From an uncultured Chthonomonadaceae bacterium (GTDB lineage: Bacteria; Armatimonadota; Chthonomonadetes; Chthonomonadales; Chthonomonadaceae), in the NCBI GenBank assembly GCA_963817895.1, contig CAWFQB010000001.1:32001-96000 (forward strand): DNA of 64,000 nt, read 5' to 3'. Both the position numbers and the translations under genes were made by a program. Each line of letters begins with the position of its first letter. The stretch's first letter is position 1. This document shows positions 52,185 to 62,898 of this stretch, one piece after another. The notes beneath the pieces were generated by a model that was given only the letters and a program-made list of their open reading frames with translations, was not told the DNA's origin and ran no database searches.

Positions 52185-52946
52185 TTACTCTTTTGCGCCC
52201 GCCGCGCGCAGCAGCGGAATACACTCGGCGACATTCCTCATGTGCTGCCATTGCAGGGCATAATGCAGTGGCGATAAAGTGTCCATGCGCAAGTTGGGAT
52301 CGGCATGGCGCGAAAGCAGCAGCCGTACAATTTCCGCATGTCCACGCTGCACAGATTTAAATAACGGAGTCTGGCCGCCTTTATCCCGCGCGTTCACATC
52401 AGCCCCCTTATCCAGAAGCATTTGTACCATTGCCTCACTGCCAAACGCGGCGGCAAGCATCAAGGGCGTTTCCATGCTCCTGAGGCGTCGCGCATTCACG
52501 TTGGCGTGATGAGCAAGTACAAGCCTGAGCGCTTCCACAGAAGAAGGGTCGCTCTCCTCTCCCATCACGACCCCAAAAAGGATGGTATCCCCCTGTGGTC
52601 CTGTAGCGTTCACGTCTGCGCCGTGTTCCAGAAGCGCCTTTAAAATCGTGATATTGGGAGGGCTGAACGTGACATTAAGCGAAGTATAACGGGTGTACGC
52701 TCCGGGCATCAGTGCCAGATCAAGAGCGGAGTAGGAAGCGAGATAAGAGGGTTGTCGGCGCAGTTGCGCGAGGAGCGTTTGCCAGGGTGAACCAGGGGTA
52801 AGAGTATCATCGACATAAAGGCGCCCATCCGGGTCCGCGCTCTGATCCAGAAGTTGAAGCGCCAGCGGCGTGTCGTTATCATCTATGGCATACAATAGCG
52901 CATCCGTTGTCTGATGCCGACGTTGCGCATGGTAAACCATCCCCAC
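52185..52946 (-). CDS. Ankyrin repeat protein (N-terminus probably extends to ~53010)
   Basis: GADVNA, TPLMLAA, TPLF and SPLHYA repeats. Confidence 0.9.
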   Translation of the reverse strand: MGMVYHAQRRHQTTDALLYAIDDNDTPLALQLLDQSADPDGRLYVDDTLTPGSPWQTLLAQLRRQPSYLASYSALDLALMPGAYTRYTSLNVTFSPPNITILKALLEHGADVNATGPQGDTILFGVVMGEESDPSSVEALRLVLAHHANVNARRLRSMETPLMLAAAFGSEAMVQMLLDKGADVNARDKGGQTPLFKSVQRGHAEIVRLLLSRHADPNLRMDTLSPLHYALQWQHMRNVAECIPLLRAAGAKE

Positions 52947-53015
52947 TATCCCGCCTCCAAGAAGAACACTCAGCAGGAGGAATCTGAAAGAGACGAGAAG
53001 TTGATTTCAAGGCGT

Positions 53016-53510
53016 TCACCATCCCCAGGTTCCCGGCTCACCTTTGAACGGGCCAACAATATCGCTTGTAATCCAGCCGCCGTAGAAATCGCCCGCCTGT
53101 GCCGTAACAGTTTCGCCGTCTACAAGGCAGGCGTCCATTTTGCTCGGATAAAAGGCGATGTAGTTTTTGATACCGGCAAATTCGGGAGTGGGGTCGGCAT
53201 AAAACCAGCCGGCGTTTTCCATCCGTTTGCCGCCGACTGCGAGAGTTGCGTATCCGGCGCGGCCCTTGAACTCGCAAAAACTGGAATGGGGCGCAGAAAT
53301 TATGACTTCATCGCGAATGTCTTCACGCGGAATGTAGTATACAGGCGGGTGACTGGTTTCCAGAACGCGCTTCGCCCGTCGCGTGTCGGCAATGGTGACG
53401 CCGTTGAACACCACCTGAATATGCTTGCCGCTGTCTTCCAGTTTCGGCGGGCGCGGATAATTCCAGACGGATTCCTGTCCCGGCCCCGGCACAATGCGCC
53501 CCTTCTGCAT
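53016..53510 (-). CDS. DUF427 domain-containing protein
   Basis: ESVWNYPRPP, LETSHPPVYY, CEFKG and FYGGWIT motifs. Confidence 0.92.
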   Translation of the reverse strand: MQKGRIVPGPGQESVWNYPRPPKLEDSGKHIQVVFNGVTIADTRRAKRVLETSHPPVYYIPREDIRDEVIISAPHSSFCEFKGRAGYATLAVGGKRMENAGWFYADPTPEFAGIKNYIAFYPSKMDACLVDGETVTAQAGDFYGGWITSDIVGPFKGEPGTWGW

Positions 53511-53581
53511 ACAACCCTCCGCAAACCGCGTACAGTCAGTAAACCGCGAAATACGCCAAACAAACGAAAAAAGAACAAAAC

Positions 53582-53645
53582 AAGATGAAGAATGGAAGAT
53601 GAAGAGTGAACCACGCTCTGTTTTCATCCTTCATCCTTCATCCTT
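53582..53645. repeat. Degenerate inverted (GATGAAG)/(TTCATCC) arrays
   Basis: Directly visible between the DUF427 and FKBP genes. Confidence 0.6.
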
Positions 53646-53647
53646 TG

Positions 53648-53983
53648 CTACTTCACATCCAGCAGTTCCACTTCAAACACCAGCGTCGCGTTCGGGGGAA
53701 TCGCGCCGCCCGCGCCGCGCGAACCGTAGCCGAGTTCGGAGGGAATAGTCAGTTTGCGGATGCCGCCGACCTGCATGGTCGCCACGCCCTCATCCCAGCC
53801 CTTGATGACCCGGCCCATGCCGAGCGGAAACGAGAACGGTTCGCCCCGGTCCCGTGAACTGTCGAACTTGGTTCCATTGGTCAGTGTGCCGATATAGTGA
53901 ACGACGGCGGTTTGCCCCTTTTGCGGCGTTGCGCCTGTCCCCTCTTTGATCTCTTCGTATTCCAGCCCCGATGCCGTTTTCAT
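53648..53983 (-). CDS. FKBP-type peptidyl-prolyl isomerase
   Basis: [17 protein letters not shown] and [14 protein letters not shown] motifs. Confidence 0.96.
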   Translation of the reverse strand: MKTASGLEYEEIKEGTGATPQKGQTAVVHYIGTLTNGTKFDSSRDRGEPFSFPLGMGRVIKGWDEGVATMQVGGIRKLTIPSELGYGSRGAGGAIPPNATLVFEVELLDVK

Positions 53984-54065
53984 GACAATATTCCTTTCGC
54001 TTGTATGCAGCGGTTTGATGTACGAAATTCTTACGAGCGCAGGCAAAGAATGGTTGCTGAATGTC

Positions 54066-54989
54066 CTACTTCACCCAGGCGTTCCAGAGCAGTTGAAATG
54101 TCAGCACGAAGCCTAATCCAATCACGACGCGCCGGACGTTCTTCTGCCCAATGCGCCGCGCGATTCCCGCGCCCGCGTAGCCCCCGAAAATCGCGCCGCC
54201 TGCCATGAGTCCGGCTGTCGGATAGTCCACAAGATGCTTGAACACGAAAATAAGCGCGGCGATGCCGTTGATAAACAGCGTGAAGATGTTTTTCACGCCG
54301 TTCATCTGGTGAATGTTGGTAAAGCCGAGGAAGCCAAGCGCGGCCAGTGTCAAAATGCCGATTCCCGCGCCGAAGTAACCGCCGTAGATGGCAATGACAA
54401 AGGCAAGCAGGCCGATAGGCAGAGTTAATTTGCGGAACAGAGTGTTTGGCGCGGATGTGGTCGAAGCGGGAGTGGGCGTACTCGCTTCGGTTGGCGTGTT
54501 TGTGGAGGTGGAAGCGGTCAGGGGCGGCGAAGCGGCCTGCGCGGTTGTATCATTGGCTTCCGCGCTGTTTGTCGCTTGTGCCGCGTCCTGTGTGGCCTGC
54601 GCGAGTCGGGCGCGTTGTCGCCGCGAAAGTGGTTCCTGCGCCATAAACAGGGACGTGGCCGCAAGCACCAGAAACGGCACGAGTTTGTCAAACGTTTTGC
54701 TCGGCGTGACAAGCAGCAGAAATGCGCCGATTACCCCGCCAAGCAGTCCTAAAATCGTCAGGGGCAGAATGGCGTCGCGGGTCTGCCCAATCTCTTTGCG
54801 GTAGCCCCACAGACTGCTGAGTTGCCCCGGCCACAGCGCGACCGTGCTGGTGGCGTTGGCGATGATGGCGGGATGGCCCGTCGCGAGCAGGGCGGGAAAT
54901 GTCAGCAGCGTTCCGCCGCCCGCTACGGAGTTGACGGCCCCCGCCGTCATGGAAGCCAGAAACAGTATCAGGGAGTGTTGCCAGTTCAT
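54066..54989 (-). CDS. TauE/SafE (TSUP) family transporter
   Basis: [10 protein letters not shown] and [10 protein letters not shown] motifs; multiple TM segments. Confidence 0.92.
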   Translation of the reverse strand: MNWQHSLILFLASMTAGAVNSVAGGGTLLTFPALLATGHPAIIANATSTVALWPGQLSSLWGYRKEIGQTRDAILPLTILGLLGGVIGAFLLLVTPSKTFDKLVPFLVLAATSLFMAQEPLSRRQRARLAQATQDAAQATNSAEANDTTAQAASPPLTASTSTNTPTEASTPTPASTTSAPNTLFRKLTLPIGLLAFVIAIYGGYFGAGIGILTLAALGFLGFTNIHQMNGVKNIFTLFINGIAALIFVFKHLVDYPTAGLMAGGAIFGGYAGAGIARRIGQKNVRRVVIGLGFVLTFQLLWNAWVK

Positions 54990-55310
54990 AACGGGATTTT
55001 CGGCAACGCGCCGTCAATATCCTGCCCGAATGTTGTTGTAGATAAACAGTCTGCCGGACGGACGCCAGAAACTGCGCATGTAATCCATTGGCGCCGACAC
55101 GCCCCGTTTTCTCGCCTGCTTGTCGGCTGCCATTGCGCAATCCGTGCCGACTCGTGCTATAATGACGTGTACACAATCTTTATACCTGGTGAACACGGAC
55201 AGGAAAGGCGCAAGAAACGCTCTGCCTGCGCCGTCTTTTGCAGTGTCAGAAACGTATTAACCACGTATCTGCGCGACTCGGAAATAATCAAACTCGAGAG
55301 GATAGTATAG

Positions 55311-56321
55311 ATGGCCGATATTACCATGGAACGACCTGCGGAGGATGACCTCCAGCGCGATGAGTTGGTTGAGTCTTACCGCCTGATGCTTCTCATACGC
55401 CGCCTGGAAGAGTCCGTTTACCGCAAATTCCATGAAGCGAAAATCGGCGGCTATCTGCACCGCTACGATGGCATGGAAGCCCTCGTCGTCGGCGTTATCC
55501 CCCAATTGCAACTGCCCGGCGATTACGTGCTCTGCACCTACCGCGACCACGCCCACGCCCTCGCCTGCGGCACGTCCGCCCGGGCGGTCATGGCCGAACT
55601 GATGGGACGCGCGACCGGCTGCGCGATCGGCAAGGGCGGCTCCATGCACCTGACCGATCCCGAACGAGGCTTTCTGGGCGGCGACGGCATCGTGGGCGGC
55701 CCGGTTCCCGTTTCGCTCGGCGTCGGCTTTGCCCTGAAATACCGCAATACCAAAAACATCTGCGTGTGCTACTTCGGCGACGGCGCGATGAACCAGGGCG
55801 GCGTTCACGAATCGCTCAACATGGTCGGCTTGTACAAACTGCCCGTTCTCTACATTCTGGAAAACAACCAGTACGCGATGGGCACCTCCGTCGAGCGCTC
55901 CACCGGCCAGCCCGATTTTGTGCTGAAAGCCAAAGCGCACGGCATTGCCGGCGAACAAGTGGACGGCATGGACGTTCTTACCGTGCGCGACGCGGCCAAA
56001 CGCGCCCTCGAGCGCATCCGCGAAACGGGCGAGGCCTATTTCCTGGAAATGGACTGCGAGCGCTTTGTCGGACACGGCATCGGCGACGACAACACCAAAG
56101 GCTGGCAGACCTACCGCACCCAGGAGGAGATCGCGCGGCATCAAGGAACTGGACCCGCTCCGGAGACTGCAAGACATGCTCCTCGAAGACGGCTACCTGA
56201 CCCAACAAGACGTGGACAAGTACGAGCAGGAAGTTCACGAAGTGTCGAGGACGCCGTCGCCTTCGCCGAATCCAGCCCCGAACCGCCGCTCGACAGTTTG
56301 TATGAGAATGTATTTTCGTAG
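55311..56321 (+). CDS. pdhA: Pyruvate dehydrogenase E1 alpha (compensating frameshifts near the 3' end)
   Basis: YRDH, GKGGSMH and GDGA..NN TPP-binding motif. Confidence 0.93.
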   Translation: MADITMERPAEDDLQRDELVESYRLMLLIRRLEESVYRKFHEAKIGGYLHRYDGMEALVVGVIPQLQLPGDYVLCTYRDHAHALACGTSARAVMAELMGRATGCAIGKGGSMHLTDPERGFLGGDGIVGGPVPVSLGVGFALKYRNTKNICVCYFGDGAMNQGGVHESLNMVGLYKLPVLYILENNQYAMGTSVERSTGQPDFVLKAKAHGIAGEQVDGMDVLTVRDAAKRALERIRETGEAYFLEMDCERFVGHGIGDDNTKGWQTYRTQEEIARHQGTGPAPETARHAPRRRLPDPTRRGQVRAGSSRSVEDAVAFAESSPEPPLDSLYENVFS

Positions 56322-56432
56322 GTAGATAAGTAGATGGGTAGATAAGTAGGATCATCCTATTACACATCTAATCCGCAATAATGAGGAAGGCTTTCATCTC
56401 GCCTACCTGTCTACTTATCTACTTATCTACCT
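56319..56432. repeat. Inverted (GTAGATAA)n arrays between pdhA and pdhB
   Basis: AGGTAGATAAGTAGAT.. / ..ATCTACTTATCTACCT. Confidence 0.8.
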
Positions 56433-56445
56433 TCTGGAGACTTGA

Positions 56446-57424
56446 ATGTCTGAAATGCGTTATCAGGAGGCGCTTCGACTCGCGATGACCGAGGAGATGG
56501 AGCGCGATGAAGATGTGTTTATTTGTGGGGAAGAGGTCGGGCAGTATCAGGGTACGTACCGCGTGACCGAGGGGATGCTGCAAAAATTCGGGCCGAAGCG
56601 CGTGGTGGATACGCCCATCAGCGAGATCGGCATTGCCGGCCTGGCAACGGGCGCGGCGATGGTCGGGATGCGCCCGGTCGCCGAGTTCATGACGTGGTCG
56701 TTCGCCCTGGAAGCGATGGATCAGCTGGTCAACCACGCCGCCAAAATCACGTACATGTCGGGCGGGCGCATCCAATGCCCCGTCGTGTTTCGCGGCCCGG
56801 CGGGCGTCGGCACGCAGTTGTCCGCGCAGCACTCGCAGAGCCTGGAATCGTGGTACGCGCACACGCCCGGCTTCAAAGTGGTGATGCCCGCCACGCCGGA
56901 AGACGCCAAGGGACTGCTGAAAACCGCCATCCGCGACAACAACCCGATCATCTTCATGGAACACGCGGGACTGTACGGCTTGAAGGGCGAAGTGCCGGAA
57001 GACCCGGAATTTCTGGTTCCGTTCGGCCAGGCCGCTGTGCGGCGCGAAGGCAAGGACATTTCGCTTGTCTCCTATTCGCGCGGCGTCCATCTGTGCCTGA
57101 AAGCGGCGGAAGCGCTGGCGAAAGACAAGATTGACTGCGAAGTGATTGACCTGCGCACCCTCGTTCCGCTCGATATGGATACGGTTGTCACATCCGTTCG
57201 CAAAACCCACCACGCGGTAGTGGCGCAGGAAGAGTGGAAAAACGTCGGCTTCATGGCGGAACTCGCGGCGCGCATCTACGAGCAGGCGTTCGACGAACTG
57301 GACGCGCCCGGTCGAGCGCGTAGGCGGCGCGGACGTGCCCATGCCCTACGCCAAAAACCTGGAACGCGCCGCCATCCCCACCTCCGACGACGTCGTCGCC
57401 GCCGTCAAACGCGCATTGGCATAA
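56446..57424 (+). CDS. pdhB: Pyruvate dehydrogenase E1 beta (frameshift ~57310)
   Basis: DTPISE, AQHSQ and IDLRTL.PLD; alternative frame ends PMPYA.NLE..TAA. Confidence 0.93.
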
Positions 57425-57429
57425 GGAGG

Positions 57430-57542
57430 GTGTTCGGTGTTCGGTGCTCGGTATTCGGTGAAATTGTATCTTCTACCTCATTATTGCAGGTATGGTGAAT
57501 ACAGGGATTTACCGAACACCGAACACCTGAACACCGAATACC
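57430..57542. repeat. Inverted (GGTGTTC)/(GAACACC) arrays between pdhB and pdhC
   Basis: Directly visible. Confidence 0.8.
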
Positions 57543-57558
57543 CACAGAGGTACTCTGC

Positions 57559-58901
57559 ATGGCTGAAATTACGATGCCCAAAATGGGCGATGGAATGGAA
57601 GAAGGCACGATCAACAGTTGGCTGAAAAAGGAGGGCGATCAGGTCAAGGCGGGGGACGCCATTGCCGAAGTCGAAACCGACAAAGCCAACGTGGAGATCG
57701 CCGCTTATGAGACGGGTATGCTGTCCAAAATCATCGTGCAGGTCGGGCAGACGGTTCCCGTCGGCGCGGTAATCGCCGTTATCGGCAGCGCGACGGCGGC
57801 AAGCCAGACGCCCGCGAAAGCCAACGGCGGCAAGCCTGAACCGTCGGTCACTCCTGCTGGCGCCAACAAAGGCGGGGTGAAGAGGGCAGCAATACGCCCC
57901 TGATTCCTACCGGCAACGGCTCCGGCAGTAATGGGCATGGACAGCCTTTACGCCACGCTGACAGCCTCGCCCACCACCGAGCGCGTGAAAGCCTCCCCGC
58001 TGGTTCGCGCAATGGCGAAAGAGATGGGCCTGGAACTGGCGGCGATTTCCGGCACCGGGCCGGGCGGGCGCATCGTGCAGCGCGACGTAATGGCGTACCT
58101 GGAAACCCGCGACGAGCAGACTCTGCTGCGTCCTGCTGCCGCTCCGCCAACGCGCAAGTGGGAACCGCGTCCGTTGCGCCGGTTGCTTCCGCTACCTCAG
58201 ATGCGGACACCACGCAGGAGATCGCCACGTCCAACATGCGCAAGGCGATTGCCAAGCGCACCGTGCAAAGCAAGCAGAACACGCCCCATTTCTACGTCAC
58301 GATGCTGATCGAGATGGATCGCGCGCTGGCCCTGCTCAAAGAACTGAATGCGGACGCGGCGAAGGACGAAAAGTCACGGTCAACGACATCATCGTGAAAG
58401 CCTGCGCCCGCTCGCTCGCCAAAGTGCCGGAAGTGAACGCGACATGGACGCCGGAAAACACCATTCGCCGCTACGCGGAAGCGCATATCGGCATGGCGGT
58501 CGGCATCGACGACGGCCTGATTATCCCGGTCGTGCGCGACTGCCACAAGAAAACCCTGCGCCAAATCTCCGTCGAAGCCAAGCAGTTGATTACCAAAGCC
58601 CGGAACAATCAACTGAAGCCGGAAGAGTATCAGGGCGGCACGTTCAGCGTGTCCAATCTGGGCATGATGGGCGTGGACGAGTTCATCGCCATCATCAACC
58701 CGCCGGAAGCGGCGATTCTCGCCATCGGCGGCATTGCCCGCGAACCCGTTGTGGTCGGCGATGCGCGACGAAATCGTGATTCGCTCCCGCATGAAAGTGA
58801 CGATCAGCGCCGATCACCGCCTGCTCGACGGCGTAGTAGCCGCCCGCTTCCTGCAGGAAGTGAAAAAAGCGCTCGAAGCGCCCTTCTCGCTCCTTTCCTA
58901 A
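57559..58901 (+). CDS. pdhC: Dihydrolipoamide acetyltransferase E2 (frameshifted)
   Basis: Lipoyl ETDKA, ASPL..GTGPGGRI, SNLGM and DHRLLDG motifs. Confidence 0.93.
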
Positions 58902-58926
58902 AATCTGTAACGTTTGTGTTTGCGCG

Positions 58927-58960
58927 AACGCCCGTTCTGATTCATCACAACGGGCGTTTT
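58927..58960 (+). terminator. Terminator after pdhC
   Basis: AACGCCCGTT..AACGGGCGTTTT. Confidence 0.7.
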
Positions 58961-59002
58961 ACCTTTTCTCTTAAGAAGCGCCTATTCTGAGCAGGTAACA
59001 CG

Positions 59003-59276
59003 ATGCCACATTCACATTTCAGCAGTGAAGACATAGGCCGTCTTGGTAAAGAACTTTACGAACAACGCATCCGCGCGTAAGTAGAGACAGAGGAAAATAT
59101 CGGCAAATTGCTCTCCGTTGACATCGAAACAGGTGACTATGAAATTGGCGATGACCGTAGTTTAGACGCGCCTCGCCGCCTGCATCAGAAGCATCCCGGC
59201 GCGGCTGTCTATACCCTGCGCATTGGTTACAATGCGTTTACGCCTTTGGCGGAAACTTGGAACGTATAGTCCCATG
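59003..59276 (+). pseudogene. Paralog of 1475-1816 with an in-frame TAA (59078) and a probable 3' frameshift
   Basis: MPHSHFSSEDIGRLGKELYEQRIRA*VETEENIGKLLSVDIETGDYEI..LRIGY. Confidence 0.7.
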
Positions 59277-59278
59277 AG

Positions 59279-59313
59279 AACGTCCGGCCTGAATGTTCAG
59301 GCCGGACGTTTTT
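59279..59313. terminator. Hairpin terminator between convergent genes
   Basis: AACGTCCGGCCTGAA / TTCAGGCCGGACGTT followed by a T run. Confidence 0.8.
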
Positions 59314-59324
59314 GCATTTGCATC

Positions 59325-60146
59325 TTATACGGGCGCGGAGGTTTCGTCCTTCTCTTCCACTGCCCATGCGCCGTGTTCGTCTTCGGGCGCTTCGCCGGGA
59401 AAGGTGGTTTCCCACGGTTTGCGGGGCGGGCGCGGGTGACGCGGCTTGCCCCTGCGCGGCGGGCGAACAATGACTATGGGCGGAGTTCCGCGATAATGGC
59501 TGCGCTTGCGCTCGTTTTCCTCTTCCAGCAGCGTGTCTGACAGAGCCTTGCCCACCGCGTAGGCAACCGGGTCGCTTGCCATAATTTGTACGATGCGGTG
59601 TTCTCGTTCCATGCGCTCTGTCGCGCTCAATACCGCATCCAGCGCTCTGCCGTTGTGCAGCAGCGAGATCAGAATGGCAAGTTCCGGGGCTACGCTCTCA
59701 TCGCCCGCAACCGCCGCTCGAATTTGTTTGTGCAGTTTTTCCACATACGCGGGTTCCAGCACGGGATAGGTTGTCCAGCGTACCACCCACAGGGCGCGGT
59801 GGTCGCTTGCCGTCAGAATACCGCGCTCGGTCAGCCGTTCCCCTAAAATCCGCACCGGTTCCGATTGACTGGTATACAGGTGGCGTATCCACCAGGCCAG
59901 GGGTTTGGAACGCGCTGTGAGTCCGAAGCGGACAAAAACATCGTCTATGGCGCGGTCACCAAGCGGCTGCGTTTGCCGCACCTTGACGCGGTTGAGTTCC
60001 ACTTCCAGCCGTTTTTGGCGCAGCAGTTCGGCCAATGCCGCGCCACTGAGCATGTCGCGGAAGTTGCGCGTGTGCAGTTCGCCCGTGCGCGGCTGAACGC
60101 AGAGCAGCAATAGTTGTTCTTGCAGCGTCAATTTGATTTCCGGCAT
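59325..60146 (-). CDS. GPP34 (GOLPH3/Vps74-like) family protein
   Basis: LTL.E.LLLL, GA.LAEL and L.ERGIL..YP motifs; SD GGAGG. Confidence 0.8.
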   Translation of the reverse strand: MPEIKLTLQEQLLLLCVQPRTGELHTRNFRDMLSGAALAELLRQKRLEVELNRVKVRQTQPLGDRAIDDVFVRFGLTARSKPLAWWIRHLYTSQSEPVRILGERLTERGILTASDHRALWVVRWTTYPVLEPAYVEKLHKQIRAAVAGDESVAPELAILISLLHNGRALDAVLSATERMEREHRIVQIMASDPVAYAVGKALSDTLLEEENERKRSHYRGTPPIVIVRPPRRGKPRHPRPPRKPWETTFPGEAPEDEHGAWAVEEKDETSAPV

Positions 60147-60160
60147 AGCAACCTCCAAAA

Positions 60161-60283
60161 TAGGTTGTTAGTTGTTAGGTTGTTAGGTTATAGAGTTCTC
60201 AGGAAAGACCACCATCTTCCCACATTGAAGGCGAAACGAACTCACTTGAACCTGACAACCTAACAACTAACAACCTACAACCT
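60161..60283. repeat. Inverted (TAGGTTGT)/(ACAACCTA) arrays
   Basis: Directly visible; the right arm overlaps the stop of the 60275-61384 gene. Confidence 0.8.
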
Positions 60284-61384
60284 CGTTGTTCTTGACAGCC
60301 AGCGCGTTTCGCCGCGCATCCGGGCCGTCAGCCAATTCTGATCCGCGCCAAAACCGGTCAAGAGCGCGGCTCCCAATCCGCCAAGGGCAAGGGCGAATTC
60401 CAGCAGCAGGCCGACAATACCCAATCCCTGATTGATTCGGCCCAATCCCGCATTTATCAGGAAGAACGCGCCCAATCCCATTGCGATTTGTATCCACATT
60501 CCGATACCGCCCGCCCGTCCGAAACGACGCGCCACGCGCTGCCCGATGTAGCGCATCCCGCAAATCCAGCCGAACGCCAGCGCGCCCAAGCACAATCCCG
60601 CGAACCCCGCCGCGAACGGCAGCCAGATGAAATGGAACGGCGACCGCATTAAGCCGGAACTGAACCACAGGCCAACCAGCATCGCGCCCGAACCTAACAC
60701 GCCGACCACAAGGCAGCGTCCGGGTTCCTGCGTCAAACTTTCGCCGGTTCGCTCTGTGGCGCGCGGCGCGACAATCAACGCCAACACACCCGCCAGGCCG
60801 CCAAGCAGCATCAGCGCGAACTGCCCACCCGCCCAATCGTCTTTGGGTTTGTCGCGCCGGACTGTTGATGTTGAAGGAGAAGATGTCTGCGCTTTTGGCT
60901 GTGTTGCCTGTGGCGCAACGGGTATGCGGGCAGATGTTTCCGTGTCCAGATCGTAAATCAAGTCTACGCTCTGTTGCGTATAGCGAACCTGCCCATGCGT
61001 TTCATCTATAATGTCGCCACCAACAGCTGTTAAAGCGTTACCGACGCTTGCTCCGGGTTTGATGATGACATGGCAGTTGATAGCGAGAACGTCATCGGTT
61101 ACATGACCAGCCAGAATCAACGTTTTTTCGCGCGCCACCAGAAAAGGCAGCGTCTGGTCAGCGGCCAGTTCATACGGCGGCAGCCAGCCTTTTTCGTGAC
61201 GCGCGGCAGGATCAATCGGCAAGGGACGCAACGCCTGTTCCGACGTATTCGGATTCGGATGCCACGCCTGCTCTACGGGGGGAGGCGCAGACGGCCTGTT
61301 GTCAGGCTGCTGCGCGCCTGCCGGGTAGAGGGTGGCAGCCAAAAGAGAGACCAGCGCCATCAAAGCCGTAATCAGTCGGTGCAT
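60275..61384 (-). CDS. Membrane protein with a short beta-helix (bactofilin-like) region, anti-sigma operon associated
   Basis: Signal peptide, GHV..DV..VGN..AVGGDI segment, C-terminal multi-TM region. Confidence 0.65.
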   Translation of the reverse strand: MHRLITALMALVSLLAATLYPAGAQQPDNRPSAPPPVEQAWHPNPNTSEQALRPLPIDPAARHEKGWLPPYELAADQTLPFLVAREKTLILAGHVTDDVLAINCHVIIKPGASVGNALTAVGGDIIDETHGQVRYTQQSVDLIYDLDTETSARIPVAPQATQPKAQTSSPSTSTVRRDKPKDDWAGGQFALMLLGGLAGVLALIVAPRATERTGESLTQEPGRCLVVGVLGSGAMLVGLWFSSGLMRSPFHFIWLPFAAGFAGLCLGALAFGWICGMRYIGQRVARRFGRAGGIGMWIQIAMGLGAFFLINAGLGRINQGLGIVGLLLEFALALGGLGAALLTGFGADQNWLTARMRGETRWLSRTTRL

Positions 61385-61411
61385 CCGTAATCTTTCCTTT
61401 GCAAACGTATA

Positions 61412-62284
61412 TTATAATCGCATTTGTACGCTGCGACGACGGTTGTTGAGATACATATACGCGACGGCGCATACCGCAACGTCCATCCCCAGTCCAACCG
61501 CTGCCATCGTACCCATCGCGTGATAGGTATGACTGAGCATCGCGTTTGCCTGCGCCAGCGCGGAGAAAATAAGGCCGAATATCCAGGTGACAACGGGAAC
61601 GCTGCGCAATACGTCTGCCGTCTGTCCGAGCCATGCGCTGACGATATTCACGTTCGCGCCCATCGCGCCCAGCATTTGCCGTCCCCATGCGGTGGACAGG
61701 CAATAGGCAAGCAGACCGGACATCAGGCTTCCCGCTGTTACGCGCTGCATCAGTTGGGAGCGGGTCTGCGTCTGCTGCGTTTGCGTGGTGGACAGGGTTT
61801 CCCGCGTATGAAGCGCCAGCGTCTTTTGTTCAATGGTTTGCTCGGCGGCCACTTTCACGCGAATGGACGCGACGGCCTGCGTATGCGCGGCTGTTTTGCC
61901 AGGCGTCTGCGGCGACACAACATTTTGGGCAAAGGGCGCGTTCTGCTGCTCGATGCGCTGCATCACCAGCCCGGAGAAATCGCGCGGCAGAGCGACGGGC
62001 GGCAGGTTTTCCACGAGGGCGACGACGTTTTGCATCTCCTCCCATTCCTGCGCGCAGTGGCGGCAGAGGGCCAGATGCCCATGTATGCCTGCGGCCTGTT
62101 CGGGGCGGACGCTGCCGTCATTATCCAGCAGATAGGAGAGTTGTTCGCAAACCCAGGCGCACAAAGCGTCCTGAGACACATTCTGTTGTTGTGGCTGCTG
62201 AACAGTCTGCGGCGGATTTACCGGCTGTAGATACTTTTTCCAGTTCTGCTGTTCCGGCTCGTTATGTTCAAATTTATTTTCCAT
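61412..62284 (-). CDS. Zinc-binding anti-sigma factor (zf-HC2) with TM segments
   Basis: C..L..LD..HLALCRHC (HxxxCxxC); overlaps the sigma gene end. Confidence 0.85.
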   Translation of the reverse strand: MENKFEHNEPEQQNWKKYLQPVNPPQTVQQPQQQNVSQDALCAWVCEQLSYLLDNDGSVRPEQAAGIHGHLALCRHCAQEWEEMQNVVALVENLPPVALPRDFSGLVMQRIEQQNAPFAQNVVSPQTPGKTAAHTQAVASIRVKVAAEQTIEQKTLALHTRETLSTTQTQQTQTRSQLMQRVTAGSLMSGLLAYCLSTAWGRQMLGAMGANVNIVSAWLGQTADVLRSVPVVTWIFGLIFSALAQANAMLSHTYHAMGTMAAVGLGMDVAVCAVAYMYLNNRRRSVQMRL

Positions 62285-62898
62285 CTGGTTCCACTTCCAA
62301 TACGGGGCGCAGGCGCTCACGGAGCATTTCTCTGGCCCGAAATAGATGTGTTTTCACCGTGCCTGTCGGCATGTCTAAGGCGCCGGCAATCTCATCTACG
62401 CTCATATCCTGCAAATGGCGCATGGTCACGACGATACGGTAGCGTTCCGGCAGGTTTTTGATGGCGCGCTGCACCACCTCCTGCACGCTGCCGCGCATAG
62501 CCGCCTCTTCCGGCCCGCAGGCGCGGGCAGTCGGCGGCGGGTTCGCGGCCTTCGGCCAGTTCCACGTCGAGAGAAAGCGCGCCTTTCGCTTTACGCGAGC
62601 GCAAATGGTCAATGCAAAGGTTGGAGGCGATCTTGTACAGCCAGGTCAAAAAACTGGCGTCCTGACGGAACGTGCCTAACGCGTTGTAGGCGCGTATAAA
62701 TGTCTCCTGCACCAGATCGCCGGCGTCTTCCGCGTTTCCCAACATGCGGTACGCCAGGTTGTAGACCTGTCGCTGATAGCGCTGCACGAGACTGTTATAT
62801 GCCTGAGTGTTCCCGCATAGCGTCAGCTTTACGAGTTCGGCATCGGTTTGTTCCACCAGCGTGATCGTCCTCGTTTCCCCCTTTACGAGCGCTTTCAT
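62274..62898 (-). CDS. ECF sigma-70 factor (SigW/SigE-like), frameshift ~62520
   Basis: DAGDLVQETF, FLTWLYKIASN and EIA..L..GTVKTHLFRAR motifs. Confidence 0.92.

Noticed and set aside
59078..59080. Possible recoding at an in-frame stop
   Set aside because: The codon is TAA, not TGA or TAG, and there is no SECIS-like hairpin or Cys context; mutation or error is more likely.
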